A stretch of DNA of 64,000 nt from Setoptus koraiensis (taxonomy: Eukaryota; Animalia; Arthropoda). The DNA lies in contig CM106585.1 in assembly GCA_048013815.1 (NCBI GenBank), positions 5,952,001 through 6,016,000 on the forward strand, read 5' to 3'. Position numbers and translations under genes: made by a program. The notes under the pieces were generated by a model, which did not search any database, had not been told where the DNA came from, and saw only the letters and a program-made list of their open reading frames with translations. This document shows positions 51,612 to 64,000 of this stretch, piece by piece. The first letter of the stretch is position 1. Every line of letters begins with the position of its first letter.

Positions 51612-52426
51612 CGATCGAATCATCCAACATTTGTAGTCTAGTCACCGATGTATGATATAAGGCAAGTGATGCCTAAGAATAGTATTTTGCATCTGAATTC
51701 CTCTATGAACTCAGTCAACCGATTTGCCAAAGCCCCAAGTTATGAATCAGGTTCACTCCATAACTCATGATTCCCCTGCTCGTTTAGCTCACAAACTGCC
51801 AACCTTGCTGCTGACATATTTTGTATCAAAAGAAGTTAATACTGATCAGATCAGTATAGGTGTTTTAATAAACTTTGATGAACTATCGAATGTTTCCTTC
51901 TCTTGGTATTTCGTTTCGAGCTACCGCATTGTTTGTCTGAGGAGAATCGAAATTTTTAGATTTGGAGCGAGATATAAGGCTGCTGTAGCGCTGCTAAAAT
52001 TTTGTGATCGCTTCGGAAGAGTTTCTGTCGTCAATTGAATCTATTGTTGATCTAAATATATTCTTTGAACATCAAACATGATTTTTTGGTATGGTCACTA
52101 TATGTACACTTTTTTATTTTATAAATTTAAGGCAGCGATATAAATACATTTATACTTTTTTGGTTATGCAAGTATTCAATTCAAAGAGCATAATGAGGTC
52201 ATTTAATATATACTATCGATTGTGCTCTAGTGGACATTATCTTCATTATATACAACAGATATGCATCAAAGGCATTTTAGAACATTATTGTAAAAATTGA
52301 ATTTTAGTTGAAAAACTGGTCGTTAGACTCGACTAAGGCTACCCCTTGGCTGATTCTCAATTGAGTCTGAGTTGATAGTTACATAACACCAAAGACAAAC
52401 TAATCATCATTGTAAGTGTCAACCTT

Positions 52427-55400
52427 TTAAAACAATATTAGGAACGATTGTTGAATGTAGATGATACAAAATGGCATAAGTATGCAGTAGAGATTTATGA
52501 GTAAAAGTTGTATGTTATTTGCTCGAGCTGATGCTGAGGAAGTTTGAGAATCCGAGCGAACGTTCAAGCCGTTGATTGCTCTGGCATCTTGTCTAACATG
52601 ATGTTCTTTAATGGCACCCGACGAGTAGTATGTTTTATCGTTCGGCCCCTCCAGATTATCCTTGAGATTCTCTATATTACGTTGACGAGAATAGAAAGAA
52701 AATGATTGTTAGTACATTCAAGATTGCACATTGAATTTTTTCTGTGAGAATGGTCAGACAAAAAGAAAAGAATCAAGAAAAAAGAATCAAGATACCGACT
52801 TCGTAGATGGAGCCTTATGTTGGCTGGTTCGGCCGATGACGGTTTGCAAGAGTAGTTGCCTGCATCACTCAATTGCGCATTGTAAAGTTTCATCTTACTA
52901 TAGTTGTTATTGGCATCCCAACTGATGGTAAGATTTCTGTTATTGTCCTTGATATAATTCAATAGATTACCATTGTGATACCAGTAAACATAAATGGGCG
53001 AATTTGTTGTGGCTGGGCTGGAGCTCGACAATGAGGAGGCAGAGAGAGTACTAGTCGGGGCAACTTCGCATTGTAATTCAATGGTGGAGCCCACCACTCC
53101 ATAGTACAATTCTCCTTGTTTAATTCTCGCTTTGGTGGCTACATCAGTCGTGATGTGATCAATGATAATGATAATCAGTTATAGTTGCACTCAATTTTCT
53201 CACAATTCTTCAACATTGTTGAAAATTATTGAATATTGTGTCTTTGTAATGATTTGTCTTGATTGCGATTACTTACCTTTGACGTGCAACGATATGATAA
53301 CGCTCATTTTGGGGTCCGTGGATATCTGACATTCGTAGCTGGTACTATCGTCCATTGTGACATCTTTTATCTCAAGTAGCCAATCGGCGCCACCATCGTT
53401 TATGGACGAGAATCTCGGATCACCTATATAGGTATATTTGCCCGCTGTTAAGATCTCATTTTCGCGCGGTCTCAACCAAGAAACCTAACCGAGTAACCGA
53501 GAGTAATGATGAAGGAGAGAACGAATGGAATTGTGAATATTATTGCCAGCTCAGACACTATTTAATGTTGGCTCTCCATTATGAAAGGGGCCAGACATAT
53601 ATTTAACTTGGTAGTATTGAGATCATAGATGTCATTGTTTTCAACCGGATGATTGTGGGATTATGCTAAGTGTGAGTGTTAAAAGACGAACCGTAATCAT
53701 ATGACACCTCACGGCAAGTTCAACGACTTTCTTATGCTAAAACACGCAGGGGGACATAATATAATAGAGAGAGATGCCGTTTTTTAGAGCCCGCATGCCA
53801 ACAAACATGAGAGTTTATCTTAATTGAGCTTGCATACTGCACTGAAGAATTGATTTCGCTCCCTCTCCTAGCGCTAGCGCTAACATTACATTTCTTGCTC
53901 ACTACTAACTGCTCATCGTCGTCGTCGTCGTCTTTATTACATAATGTTCATATGTGTTTGCGTGAAATGACGTATGCAGCTTACGCGAAGATTACGCAAT
54001 GTTTTTTAAGGAATGGTCGATGATTATTTTAAATATTCTAGAGCGAGCGAGGGCTTACTGGGGAGCGCTTTATATCTGACTGGCAGTTTCAGACACTGCG
54101 GACTTGTGGTGGCACTATTGATTGCGCCACTGCCGTGATAAGTGCAACGTTTGTCTATATGTGTGTAAAACGAAGAAATAGAGCAAAGCAAACCCGTCGA
54201 TACTGTCGATGACAGGTCAAAAGCAAACATTTACATATAGTCGCATATAGCTCATGCCGCGCAAGACAGTTGAAGTGAAACATTGTTGTTGCAAGAGCGA
54301 GAGAGAGAGCGAGGGGCCAAACTAAATAGGAGAGTGTAGTTTTCGCATTTGATATGATTGCATTCGGAAATACTGTTGCGAGTAGTCAATTTATTCAGCG
54401 CTAGTCACTAGTCGGACCATTGACTAGAAAGCAATAACTTGTGCCGTAGCAAGATTGATGCTTGTGTCTGGCGGTTGTTTGAATTCTATGAGACACTGTT
54501 GCAAAGTGTTTTTATTATTGATATGTTGTCAGGCCACAAACACAGCCAACACCATTGCAGCACGGGCGATGGTGTAGCAAAATTATGGCTTCTTTGAATT
54601 GATTTCTGTTCGCGTCGATTTCAACAATTCTTGTGTGTTCTTGTGTGGCAAAAGTGACCCAAAAAGAAGTCTTGTCGTAGCTAATCCATCATATATGAGC
54701 TCATGATCACACACACAGCTAGTTAGCCGGACGACTGTCTACTTTGCTTTTTATCTGCGGATAACTAATTTATCGTCACTCAATCGTCAGCCTCTTGTCG
54801 CGCATCTCTCTCGCACACTGATCTCCAATGGTCGCGTCAAACAATTTCAAGACTCTAGCGATGCATTCCCGTGAGCATCGCTACAGTCTTGAAGGAGCCG
54901 TTAACATGATGATGAGGAGGCTCGAGAATAATCACCCTTTAGCTAATTATAGCTAATGGATTCCTCGCACCAACCACGACAAACAGATGACAAGCAAGCG
55001 AAGAAGCAAGTAGCAGAAACAAGACAAGCCAGCATACAAGAGAAAGGACATTCGTTTTTTACTCTTGCTGCTGCTGCTGCTCTCTCGTTTAATCATCAAT
55101 AGCATCGTACTGTGGCCCCTCTTTTAATTTGCACTTATTGGCTCGCATTTGCAGCAGCAACAGCAGCCATTCGGATCGCTATCCGATTGGGCGGTATAGC
55201 GCAAATGACAGTTGCTGTTTGTCTGTGTGATCAATGAGAAAAAAATCAACTGTCAGTTATCAATTTGGTGACATCAGTAGCTCGAAGCTGAGCATCAAGA
55301 GGCCGAGAGTAGCCACTTTAATTGCTGCTACCGCATCTGTTTTCGTCAGTCATGCTAGCCAATTGTGCCCACTCTCTCTCTGTCTGTCACCGTTGGCAAG

Positions 55401-58400
55401 ACCAGAACAAAACACTGGGCCCCAGATTGATACATCTTTGTTATTTGCTGTCGTTTGTCGTTTCACTGTATCTGTCTGTCTGTCAACAACATCGTGTCAA
55501 AGTGTATAATACCGTGCGCCCGTGCCATTTGAGGCCGCCATTACATCGAATGGCGAATGGCCAATCCGGTTCAAGGGACACTGCAAAAACGCAACAAACA
55601 CACGGGCTCACATCTGGGGGCCGGTGGCCGCTGGCTCGCTACTTTAGGCCAGGGCGAGCTCGCCCTGGCCTTAAGTATCTGGCTTGCCGGCCGGCCAATA
55701 CCGGCGCACGAGCCAGATACTTTAGCTAATGACGGTGCTGTTGTACATTTGCTAAATTGTATTATATTGTCAAGACAATGCCAGTGGCGAGTGACACAAT
55801 CAAGTCGGCGAGAATGCAGCGCCAATTTGCACTGGCGCTACTTAAAGAATCGTCGATAACACACTATTTGTCTCTTGAAAAGAAATCTAGACAGACGGGC
55901 GGACGGACGGGCTCTTTATTGGGCGGGTTCTTTGTCGGAGCGGCTATCGGACGAGCTATTTATAAATAAGTAGCCCTAAATAATCAGATAGAGCGTCGTC
56001 GGCTCCGTCCAAAGCAAACCTATGCCAGCAGCAGTAGACACTGTGGCTGTGCGAGTGGCAAGCGAGTTAATGGCATTTTTCATGGCCTTCATTACGTAAT
56101 GAGTGAGAACAAAATGCACATTATAGCATGATTCTCGCTGATTCTTGTGTCGGCGGCGCTGCATCGCGCTGCCGCCGTCGCCGACATTAACGCCCGCCTG
56201 GCTGCCTTATCGACCTATCTGGCCATTGCTCTCGCTCGGCCGCCATGGGCTTGCCAGCCGAGCACAAAGTGATGATGCAAATTGAGAGAAATTAAATGTC
56301 GTTGACTGTGATACAATTAACACCGAGCATGCACCACACCGCGCTGCCGTGATTGCCCGTTGGTTGGTCGGCTGGCTGGCTGGCCGACGATGGGAATGGT
56401 CATGGTGAATGAGTGGCGTCCAGTTTTGCGCCACCAGCAGTTGCGTAATCAACGACGAGACACATGACGGCGCCGCTGCAATTGGGGCCTGGAGGATGCT
56501 CATTATCATTAGTGGCTGCGGACGGTTCAACAGCGGACACAGTTAAATACAAAGCATTGCAACGCTTCACATTCCAATGAATACCAGCAGTAGTTAGCGT
56601 GGGTTTTGTGAATCTCCGTTGAACATTTAACGGCGTCGTCGTCGTCGTCGTTACTGTTTGATTTGATTTGATTAGATTGTGTTGGTGCACTAAAATCAAG
56701 AGCGCCCTTAATCACAATTGTGCCGCCATCATCAGTGCCAACCAACAAGCTTGTTTGGCCCGGTCGTTAGCTGAATAGTTTAGTTTAAAATATTAACACC
56801 AGAGCAACACCAAGGGCGTCGCTTGGGTGCCGCGTCTAGCCGCACCGGCAAACCGGCTAACTAGGCCGATCGAGCGAGGGGGCCGATAGGTGCTGCTGCT
56901 CAGTTTTAACGCCAACGCTATGGGCATCGCTCCGGGCTGCTGCCAAGCATGTTGTAGCAAATTGTGTTGCCATTACGCTCGGCATTGGGTGCTCCGATAG
57001 CGAAATAGCGGCGAGGAGCTGAACTGAGTTTCAAACTCGAGCGGCCCCCATTTCTGGTCGGCAGCCGACAGTCGCGACTCGCGACACAACTCGTTCGAGC
57101 TGGCCCCTGACACGGTTCGAGTTTGAGAGTTCGAGGCCTAATTCGAGTGGGAGCTGCAGAGCGGGCGAGCAAGCGAACGCGAGAGAGCGGGCGCCAGCGC
57201 GAAAGTGGGCGCCGGCGAGAGGCCCAGTTGAACGTCAAGTATAGATAAGGTTCAAGAGATCATTTATCATTATTTTTTCCCGTCGCTTCACTCGTGCTCA
57301 CTATATATACATCTCAACTGAACATAAAAATGGTCAATCGCCGCGCCATTCATTGTGTGTCCATTGTGCGCCCTTTGTTCTTGCGCCGGGTCGCCTCACG
57401 GGCCTAAATGGGGCCAGTTGGGGCCAGTTGGGTCAAGTTTGGCCGCTTGGCCATTAGCGACACAAAACTGTCCACATTAATGTGCAAATAGAATAAATGG
57501 TGGAGCAGTTTTTTTCAATTTCTGTCCTCACCCAATCTTGCGCCGATTATCGCCGCCTCCAATACGGCACGGCACCAACAACGACGGACACAAAGTATAA
57601 ACGGACCAAAAGTATAACGGCCACGCAATGGACAGTGTACGATATAAAATGTAAAATGTAAAACGTAAAATGTAAAATGTAGAATGTGAAATGCAACAAA
57701 ACGAAAAAGACATTTGCAAGACATTTGGCGCTCGTTGTCGCCCACTGTGGCCGGCGTCGAAGCTTGTGTCACCGTTTCGGCGACAAGTGTCGAGTTCTGG
57801 TTTGTCGGCTCATAACTGAATTTGCTCTGATTGCTCGGTCGATGCCTTCTCTCGACCGGCCGGTGGAACCGGATTGGCGCCGGCCGGGGCTCGAGACAGT
57901 TCGAGCAGTTGCTCGGGTACAAGATTTATTCGACACATTTGGTCGCGCTTGATTGAGTGGCGTTTTTGGGTGGCGCCGGGCGACAAATGACCAGAGGCAG
58001 ATTAGCCGTTGCGTCGGTATTCGGCTCATATAAATATATAATTTCTTTTTTTTATTTTATAGATGTAATGTGAAGAAAAAAAAAACGCGACCGCGCCGAT
58101 AATTGGCGCCCCATTATCATAATCAATCTAATAACACTGTGGGCTTGCATGCGCAGTTCGGCCGCTAACTCGATTGCGACTACCGGTGCACGGATGCACG
58201 ATCGCACTGGTGCGCTGGTGCGCTGAAGAATCGGTGCACTGCAGAAATGGTGCACTGGAGAATTGGTGCACTGGAGAATTGGTGCACTGGAGAATTGGTG
58301 CACTGGAGAATTGGTGCGCGGGTGCACGGATGCTGCGGCCGCGTGGTGCTGAATATGTAAATAGACGTTGCGACCGGTAATAAATAAATACTGCAACAAT

Positions 58401-61245
58401 ATGCACAATATAAACAATCAATTAGACAATTGTCGCCGGAATAAACAAACGCAGGGCCGGCCTCATAAAAGCACTTCAATTTTACACCCAATCTCAGTAG
58501 CCTTGGCGGCGGCATCAACAACTAATTGCAACAACGATAAATTAATCATAGCAACCAAAGCGAGAGTTAGCATGGAGAATGTTGTGAGCAATCCTGACAA
58601 AATTTTTATCGCATATGTATCATATTATTTGATGTCGCTTGGCCATATGCTCATAATGTTCGTGCCTTCTCTTGAAAATCTTGCATAGGAAATGGGATTG
58701 TTCACGGTTTGCATGGGATTCTATCTCTGAGATGAAGTCGTCCGCAAACTGCTGCATTGATAGGGCCAAGCGGGCAACGCGAAGAGGACCGATGTTTATT
58801 TGTTTTTGACACCGAGGCAATTTAACACAGATACAGACACACACATAGGACACATGGGAGGCAGCCAGACAGAGTTGCACAGCGCCAACAGATAAGCGCC
58901 GGCTGCCGGCCAGAGGCGCCAATCTGAATAACGCCATCGAGAATAACATCGCCATCGAATGGCCGAGATGACCAAATGATTTAAGTGGTCATTTTTGTGT
59001 GTGTGACATCATTAATTTATATGGTGTTGATGGTAAAAGTAGTTTTACGACCGTCTACTGTTTGTCAAGATACTTACGATATGATAAGCACGCCAGCAGC
59101 AACAGCAGCAGAAGATAATAAAAGCCAGCGAGATGGAGAGCCAGCGAGAGAATAAAATCACGCCACATCTCTGGCATGAGCAACAACATCAGCATGATCT
59201 ACTACTGTATTCATCGGGCCTCCAATTGAAGCAATTCAAATTTTATGTTTAGGGAGACGGACGGAAAAATGGTGCCACTTTTGGCACCGCCACACAACCG
59301 CACAATTGTCGACACTGTTAAATATCTTTAGATAGAGCCCATCATAAATTAGCCATAAGTCTGAGATTGCGCGCGCGCCCGCTCGTTCGCGTTGGGTCCA
59401 CGCGCTCGATAACGATAGCGGGACGGGACAGGACGGGAAACACTGCAACGAAGGTCGCCCTGGTGTCAGTGGTCAGCGGTAAGGGACACCAGAGAAACAG
59501 CGCACTAAAGAAACAAAAAATTAAGTAGCCGGCACTTCCTCCGGCCAGATTAAACCGAGAGATGGGCCAGATTATCATCTAGATGTGAGTGGGGTCTATG
59601 AAGCGCAACGAGAGTTGCACAAGCGGTTGACTCGGGTGCTCGCCACTGTTCGCGGCTCAGCAATCACTAAACTGTAAATTTGAAAACCTCCAATCGGCCA
59701 GAGTGAGCACTAAGTGCTCTAGTGTTTAGTCAAGTACAGTGGCAGTAGCGCCTAGTGTGACTAGCTCTATTAGACGGAAAATTGGTCACATAACTAGCAT
59801 TTGTACACTTAAATAGACTTCAAGAACCGTCTTGTCGTACACACACAAGCTCCCTACGCATAGCTAGCTGTCTGACGGCTGCGAACATATCCCATTCATG
59901 AGATATGTTCGCCGTATTAATATGGCAGCCGTATTAAAAGCAGCAGCGGCAGCAGTTGCCGAAGCAATAGTGGTAGCGGTAGTCAAAATGAAAGAAACAT
60001 ATTACATAATCCATCAAACATCATGTGCTCTTGATCAATGATGCAGATTTGCCGCATCCTCCACTCCTAGACTAATATTATTGCCCGTATAATTAGGCCG
60101 TCGTCATCTCCGTCATGTTGACTTCCTCTGTCGCTGGCTGACTGGCTGGCTTGCTGCAGCAAACTGCCGCAGTGACTGCTGCAGTCTTGTAGGCATGCCA
60201 ATAGTGAAGACACAGTGATTGTTATTGTATTCGAATGGAGAGGATGAACAGTTTTCTAGAGCTATTCATTGGAATATCTCAAAACTATTTGTGTGCGCTA
60301 CTCACTACTGATAGAGAGAATCTGTCATTTTCAATAATAACACACTAATAATAATGAGCGTAATATTGCGCTCCCATTCAAGCGTCAAATGTATTTAATA
60401 TTATTCACGACATGAGAGTAGTATGCATGACGCCAAGCTATAACAACAACAACAAAAGTAGTTCAATAGTCAGGCAAATAAATTAGATGGTGTTTGTTGT
60501 GATTGGTTTGATGGTGATCGCAAGTTGCAATCACGTCAGTGTACATTGCCCACAGTGAGAGTGATGAAAGTGAAATATGTCAGACACCCTGATCATAATT
60601 AATACGACACATATGCCACTGTGTCACACCAACCAAGTACAATTTGTTGTTTGTTCACCACTACACCAGCATCTATTAGCCAGCCAGCAACAACATATCT
60701 ATCTATCGACGTATTGTCATCGGGCCCATTCAAGTCATATTCATATAGTTATTCAGCTCAAGATAGCATTGGCAGCTGCTGTGAGGGATAACATTAGCGC
60801 ATAAGAGTAATTTATTAAATTTGTCTTGGATACTCACAGTTTTATCTCCTAGTTCATAGACCTTACACGTTAGATAGGCAGTCTTTCCTAGTTCCACTGA
60901 GACGTTCCTGACAATATCGTTGCCAAAATGGGGCCTATGCTTGCTCCAATCGACACTGGGCCTAGATGGTGGCTCGTTCTTGCTGCCACTAACACGTAAT
61001 TCATTGATTGGCAATAGCGCGGGAAGTGCCAATAGAGACGAGGATGAACCGACTGCCGACAATTGATGCAATCCGCTTGTACCATATAATTGGCCAGCTG
61101 ACAATGCTGACACTGCTGACGATGTGTGCTGCGATAGGTAGGTGGCACTCGAGGCGACTAAAGTTGGAAATAACATTGCTACTAACAAGCTTATTGTGAG
61201 ACCTAAATATATAATATGTAATATGTGGCATAAATATAATATCAT
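52427..61245 (-). CDS. Dpr (defective proboscis extension response)-family 2-Ig cell-surface protein, ~399 aa
   Basis: Exons 61245-60838 (signal, start of Ig1 ...TAYLTCKVYELGDKT), 53484-53277 (VSWLR...ILTAGKYTYIGDPRF...YECQISTDP), 53138-52800 (Ig2), 52671-52427 (hydrophobic GPI-like tail). Phases 0, 1 and 1 are consistent; the last donor (GTCGGT) is weak. Paralogue identity unknown. Confidence 0.85.
54845..54894. other. Near-perfect hairpin (19-bp stem span, one C-C mismatch, 10-nt loop)
   Basis: TTCAAGACTCTAGCGATGC (54846-54864) pairs with GCATCGCTACAGTCTTGAA (54875-54893). Confidence 0.7.
55646..55671. repeat. Perfect 26-bp palindrome AGGCCAGGGCGAGCTCGCCCTGGCCT
   Basis: Equal to its own reverse complement; extends to 55640-55677 with one T-T mismatch. 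Confidence 0.92.
58217..58312. repeat. 16-bp minisatellite (GGTGCACTGGAGAATT): 4 exact + 2 degenerate copies
   Basis: Exact copies at 58249, 58265, 58281 and 58297; variants at 58217 and 58233. Confidence 0.93.
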
Positions 61246-63627
61246 TGGTTGGTCGGCGGCCCGACATGATCGGTGTCGATCGGATTCGGATTCGGTTTGC
61301 AAGTTGGCAAGTTGGCGAGAAATCAACGTTTGGTATCATCGTGGCCAATATAGTCGTCGAAATGAATATGAAATACAGGACAAAATACAAGTGAGTGGGC
61401 GAAAGGACGATGACAGGTAATTAGTTGTATGATTGATTTGATTGGCGCACCTCGAACAGGTAAGGGCGAGTATGTGAGTGTATATGTGGATATGTGACCG
61501 GGACAGCGGGCAAGTTTATTGAGTGGCGTGTATGAAAAATTTATTGGCGTTGGATGGTTATTTTTTAATGGCGACCAACGCCTGATTTAAGCACTTGGTG
61601 ATATTGCTGTTCATGTCGCTGTTTGCGATGCAGCCAAATAGCGACACAAAGATGATGATTGATTTTGAAGTGAAGTGAAACGAAACGAATTCAATGAGGC
61701 TGCCGCTGCAATAGAGAACGATGATCATTAGCTGTTGGCCATCACGCTCGTCCAACAACAGTGGTCGAAACCTTTGTTGCTCTCATTATCGTTGGCTTGC
61801 GCTGGCAGTATCATACTACTAGCATGACGATAGTGGCAGCATGATGATATTAATCAAAATTGAATATTATTACGCAATATCGGCGCCACAGAGGCAGAGA
61901 GAGATAAGTAGAAACAAGAGCGCGTTTTGTCATTCCCTACATGGCATTAAATTAATGAGATTACGGGTGGTCTCTCTATCTCTCTCACTCTGTCGCTGTC
62001 TGTCCATCTGTGTGTACCTGTCTCATTTACGGTGACGCTATTATCGGCCTTGTTGACCAGCCTTGTTCGTTATACCTGCTTGGTGGCGATGGCAAGAGAG
62101 CATTTATTTATAGACCGCGCTACAAATCATTTCCTTTGGGATGACCTCGGGGCGCAATCGATACGACCAGACCAGACATATGCATATTAAGTCGTGTTCG
62201 GCCAACGCCGGAGCACACGCCAATGGCAGCAATTTATACTTGTACATATATATGGCATTTGCTTTACATCATCATCATTCTCATGATGCAACGCAGCAGT
62301 GGCACTGTACAACAGTCTGGGTGTCACCTTATAATGATCTATCCATCTCATTAGAGGCAACAACATTGAACATTTGGTGCAGCTTGGCGACACACAATCA
62401 ATATCTGGCACAGCGCCCATAGGTGAGAGATTTGTCGCCGATGACACAATTGCCGGGATGTCGCCAAAAAGCTCACACAAGCCGGCCCGCTACGGGCTGC
62501 GTGTGGCACGAGTAGGGGAGGGGGGGCCACGGGCGCTGTTGGTCGCCTAATGAATTGGCCGCTATCAGTTCAATTTGTTTATTTTGTCTGTTTGTATTTC
62601 CATTTGTTGTTGTTGTTGTTGTTAGCTCGTGTCGCTCGTTCATGATAGGTCGCAAATGATATACCTTTCCTACGCGCCATGCTATATCATCTAGAGCTAT
62701 ATCTAGAAAACAAAACAAACAGGCCCAAATTGGCCCTCCGCTGGCCCTTGGCGCGCCGGTTTGTGTGCGCCCCGGTCGGTGGCCCCATTCAGTCGGTCGG
62801 TCGCTCGTTAGCCTAAAGCTAAACACTCGAGCGCCCGACTTGAGCGATACTTGAGCCGCATCCGCGCCAGATACTTATAAGAAGCGATACCGATACCGAT
62901 AATATTGCCACATTGCTTGCGATGCAAGAATATATACAATATACAGTACATAGTGCAGTTGCCAGCGACGGTTTAGTGGCGCTCAATATAATATAATGGC
63001 GGCCGCAATCGATCCAATTTAATTTGATGCTGACTGTCGTTGAACCAGGCCAGCCAGCCAGCAAAGCCACACAAAGCTACATTACATAATATATATATTA
63101 CATAATGTGTATAATCCGGCCAATCAAGCGCGATACCGACGCGTTTGCAAATTAATTTTGTCATCATTACAATACATTGCGTGTGTGTGCCGGGCACACA
63201 TCATACGTATCATACATGTATCATCATCATGTATCTATGTATCATGTATTTGTATCATATATTTGTGTCCAAATGTATGTATATTGTACATACGTAGTAT
63301 ATCTCGTGTGTGTATCTCACAATGATGTATAATTGCGAGCACTCGGTGTATGCAAATGTGTATCACTTAATAATGGCGACTGAATGAACAATGAACGAAT
63401 ATGCCAGTGCCCCGAGACAGCGCTGGCACGCGACAAAAAACAAAGAAAACAGAGCAAGAAACAATCTTTTTTAATTGAATCCGTCCCAACAATCGGATCT
63501 CTGCACAATCGGATCTCTCTGTACTCTGTCTACTGGAGTATACAATCGGATATGTGCGGCGCGCAAATCTCGAGCACTCTGGCCGCATCCGTTGTTGTCG
63601 TTTGTTGTGCCGGCTGTTAACCAACGC

Positions 63628-63669
63628 CGACGACGACGACGCCGACGACGACGACGACGACGACGACGA
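63628..63669. repeat. (CGA)n trinucleotide microsatellite
   Basis: About 14 units with one CGC interruption, upstream of the Dpr CDS. Confidence 0.9.
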
Positions 63670-64000
63670 TTAAATCTAATCCAACTTGCAAGCGAGCGTT
63701 GGAAAGATGTAATCAACTTTCTTCATTTCATTCATTACGACGATGATGCAATCAACATGAATGCTGGTAGCAATATTAGGCATATTATGTAATATGTTGG
63801 GCCGACACTGGGGCAACGGCAGCGGCACGAATATGGACAAAACAGATAAAAGATTGTTGTCTTTTGTTTGTGTGTCGCTGTTGTCGTTGTTGTTGTCGTT
63901 GTCGCTGTTGTCGTTGTCGTTGTTGCCGTGATTGCGCAACATACAACAACAACATGCAAACATGTTGTGCGAACATGACAGCGAGATATCACTGTATAAT

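Noticed and set aside
58217-58312. CRISPR-like array
   Set aside because: Contiguous tandem units without spacers, in a eukaryotic intron; also true of 971-1042.

Overview
Eukaryotic nuclear DNA from an arthropod. The Dscam domain order points to a chelicerate, and the extreme compaction and intron loss suggest a miniaturised acariform mite such as an eriophyoid (inference). The left end (1-6.7 kb) holds the 3' half of an mDscam-type gene. The middle (7.6-51.6 kb) is a dense housekeeping cluster: SF3B3, NDUFA5, flower, DPP9, DYNLT x2, TBK1/IKKe, SEH1, CPSF3, MRPL52, MRPL33, RNASEK, SCAF4/8, POLR1B, ZIP13, BBIP1, COX15, an orphan, APRT, LEPROT/Vps55 and ITFG2. The right end (52.4-64 kb) holds a Dpr-family 2-Ig gene with a 7.35-kb intron. 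I found no rRNA, complete tRNA, CRISPR array or transposase/RT coding region. Four observations stand out. (1) The MRPL33 stop and MRPL52 start overlap as TAATG with no intervening ATG, suggesting a bicistronic pair of mitoribosomal protein genes. (2) TBK1 lies between two 849-bp identical direct repeats whose short outer flanks are diverged. (3) A ~640-nt nested fold-back with a possible pseudoknot sits in the SEH1/CPSF3 divergent promoter. (4) BBIP1 is nested on the same strand inside ZIP13 intron 1. Family assignments and reference lengths come from remembered sequences, not database searches. Exon boundaries were read manually from GT/AG sites and reading phase.
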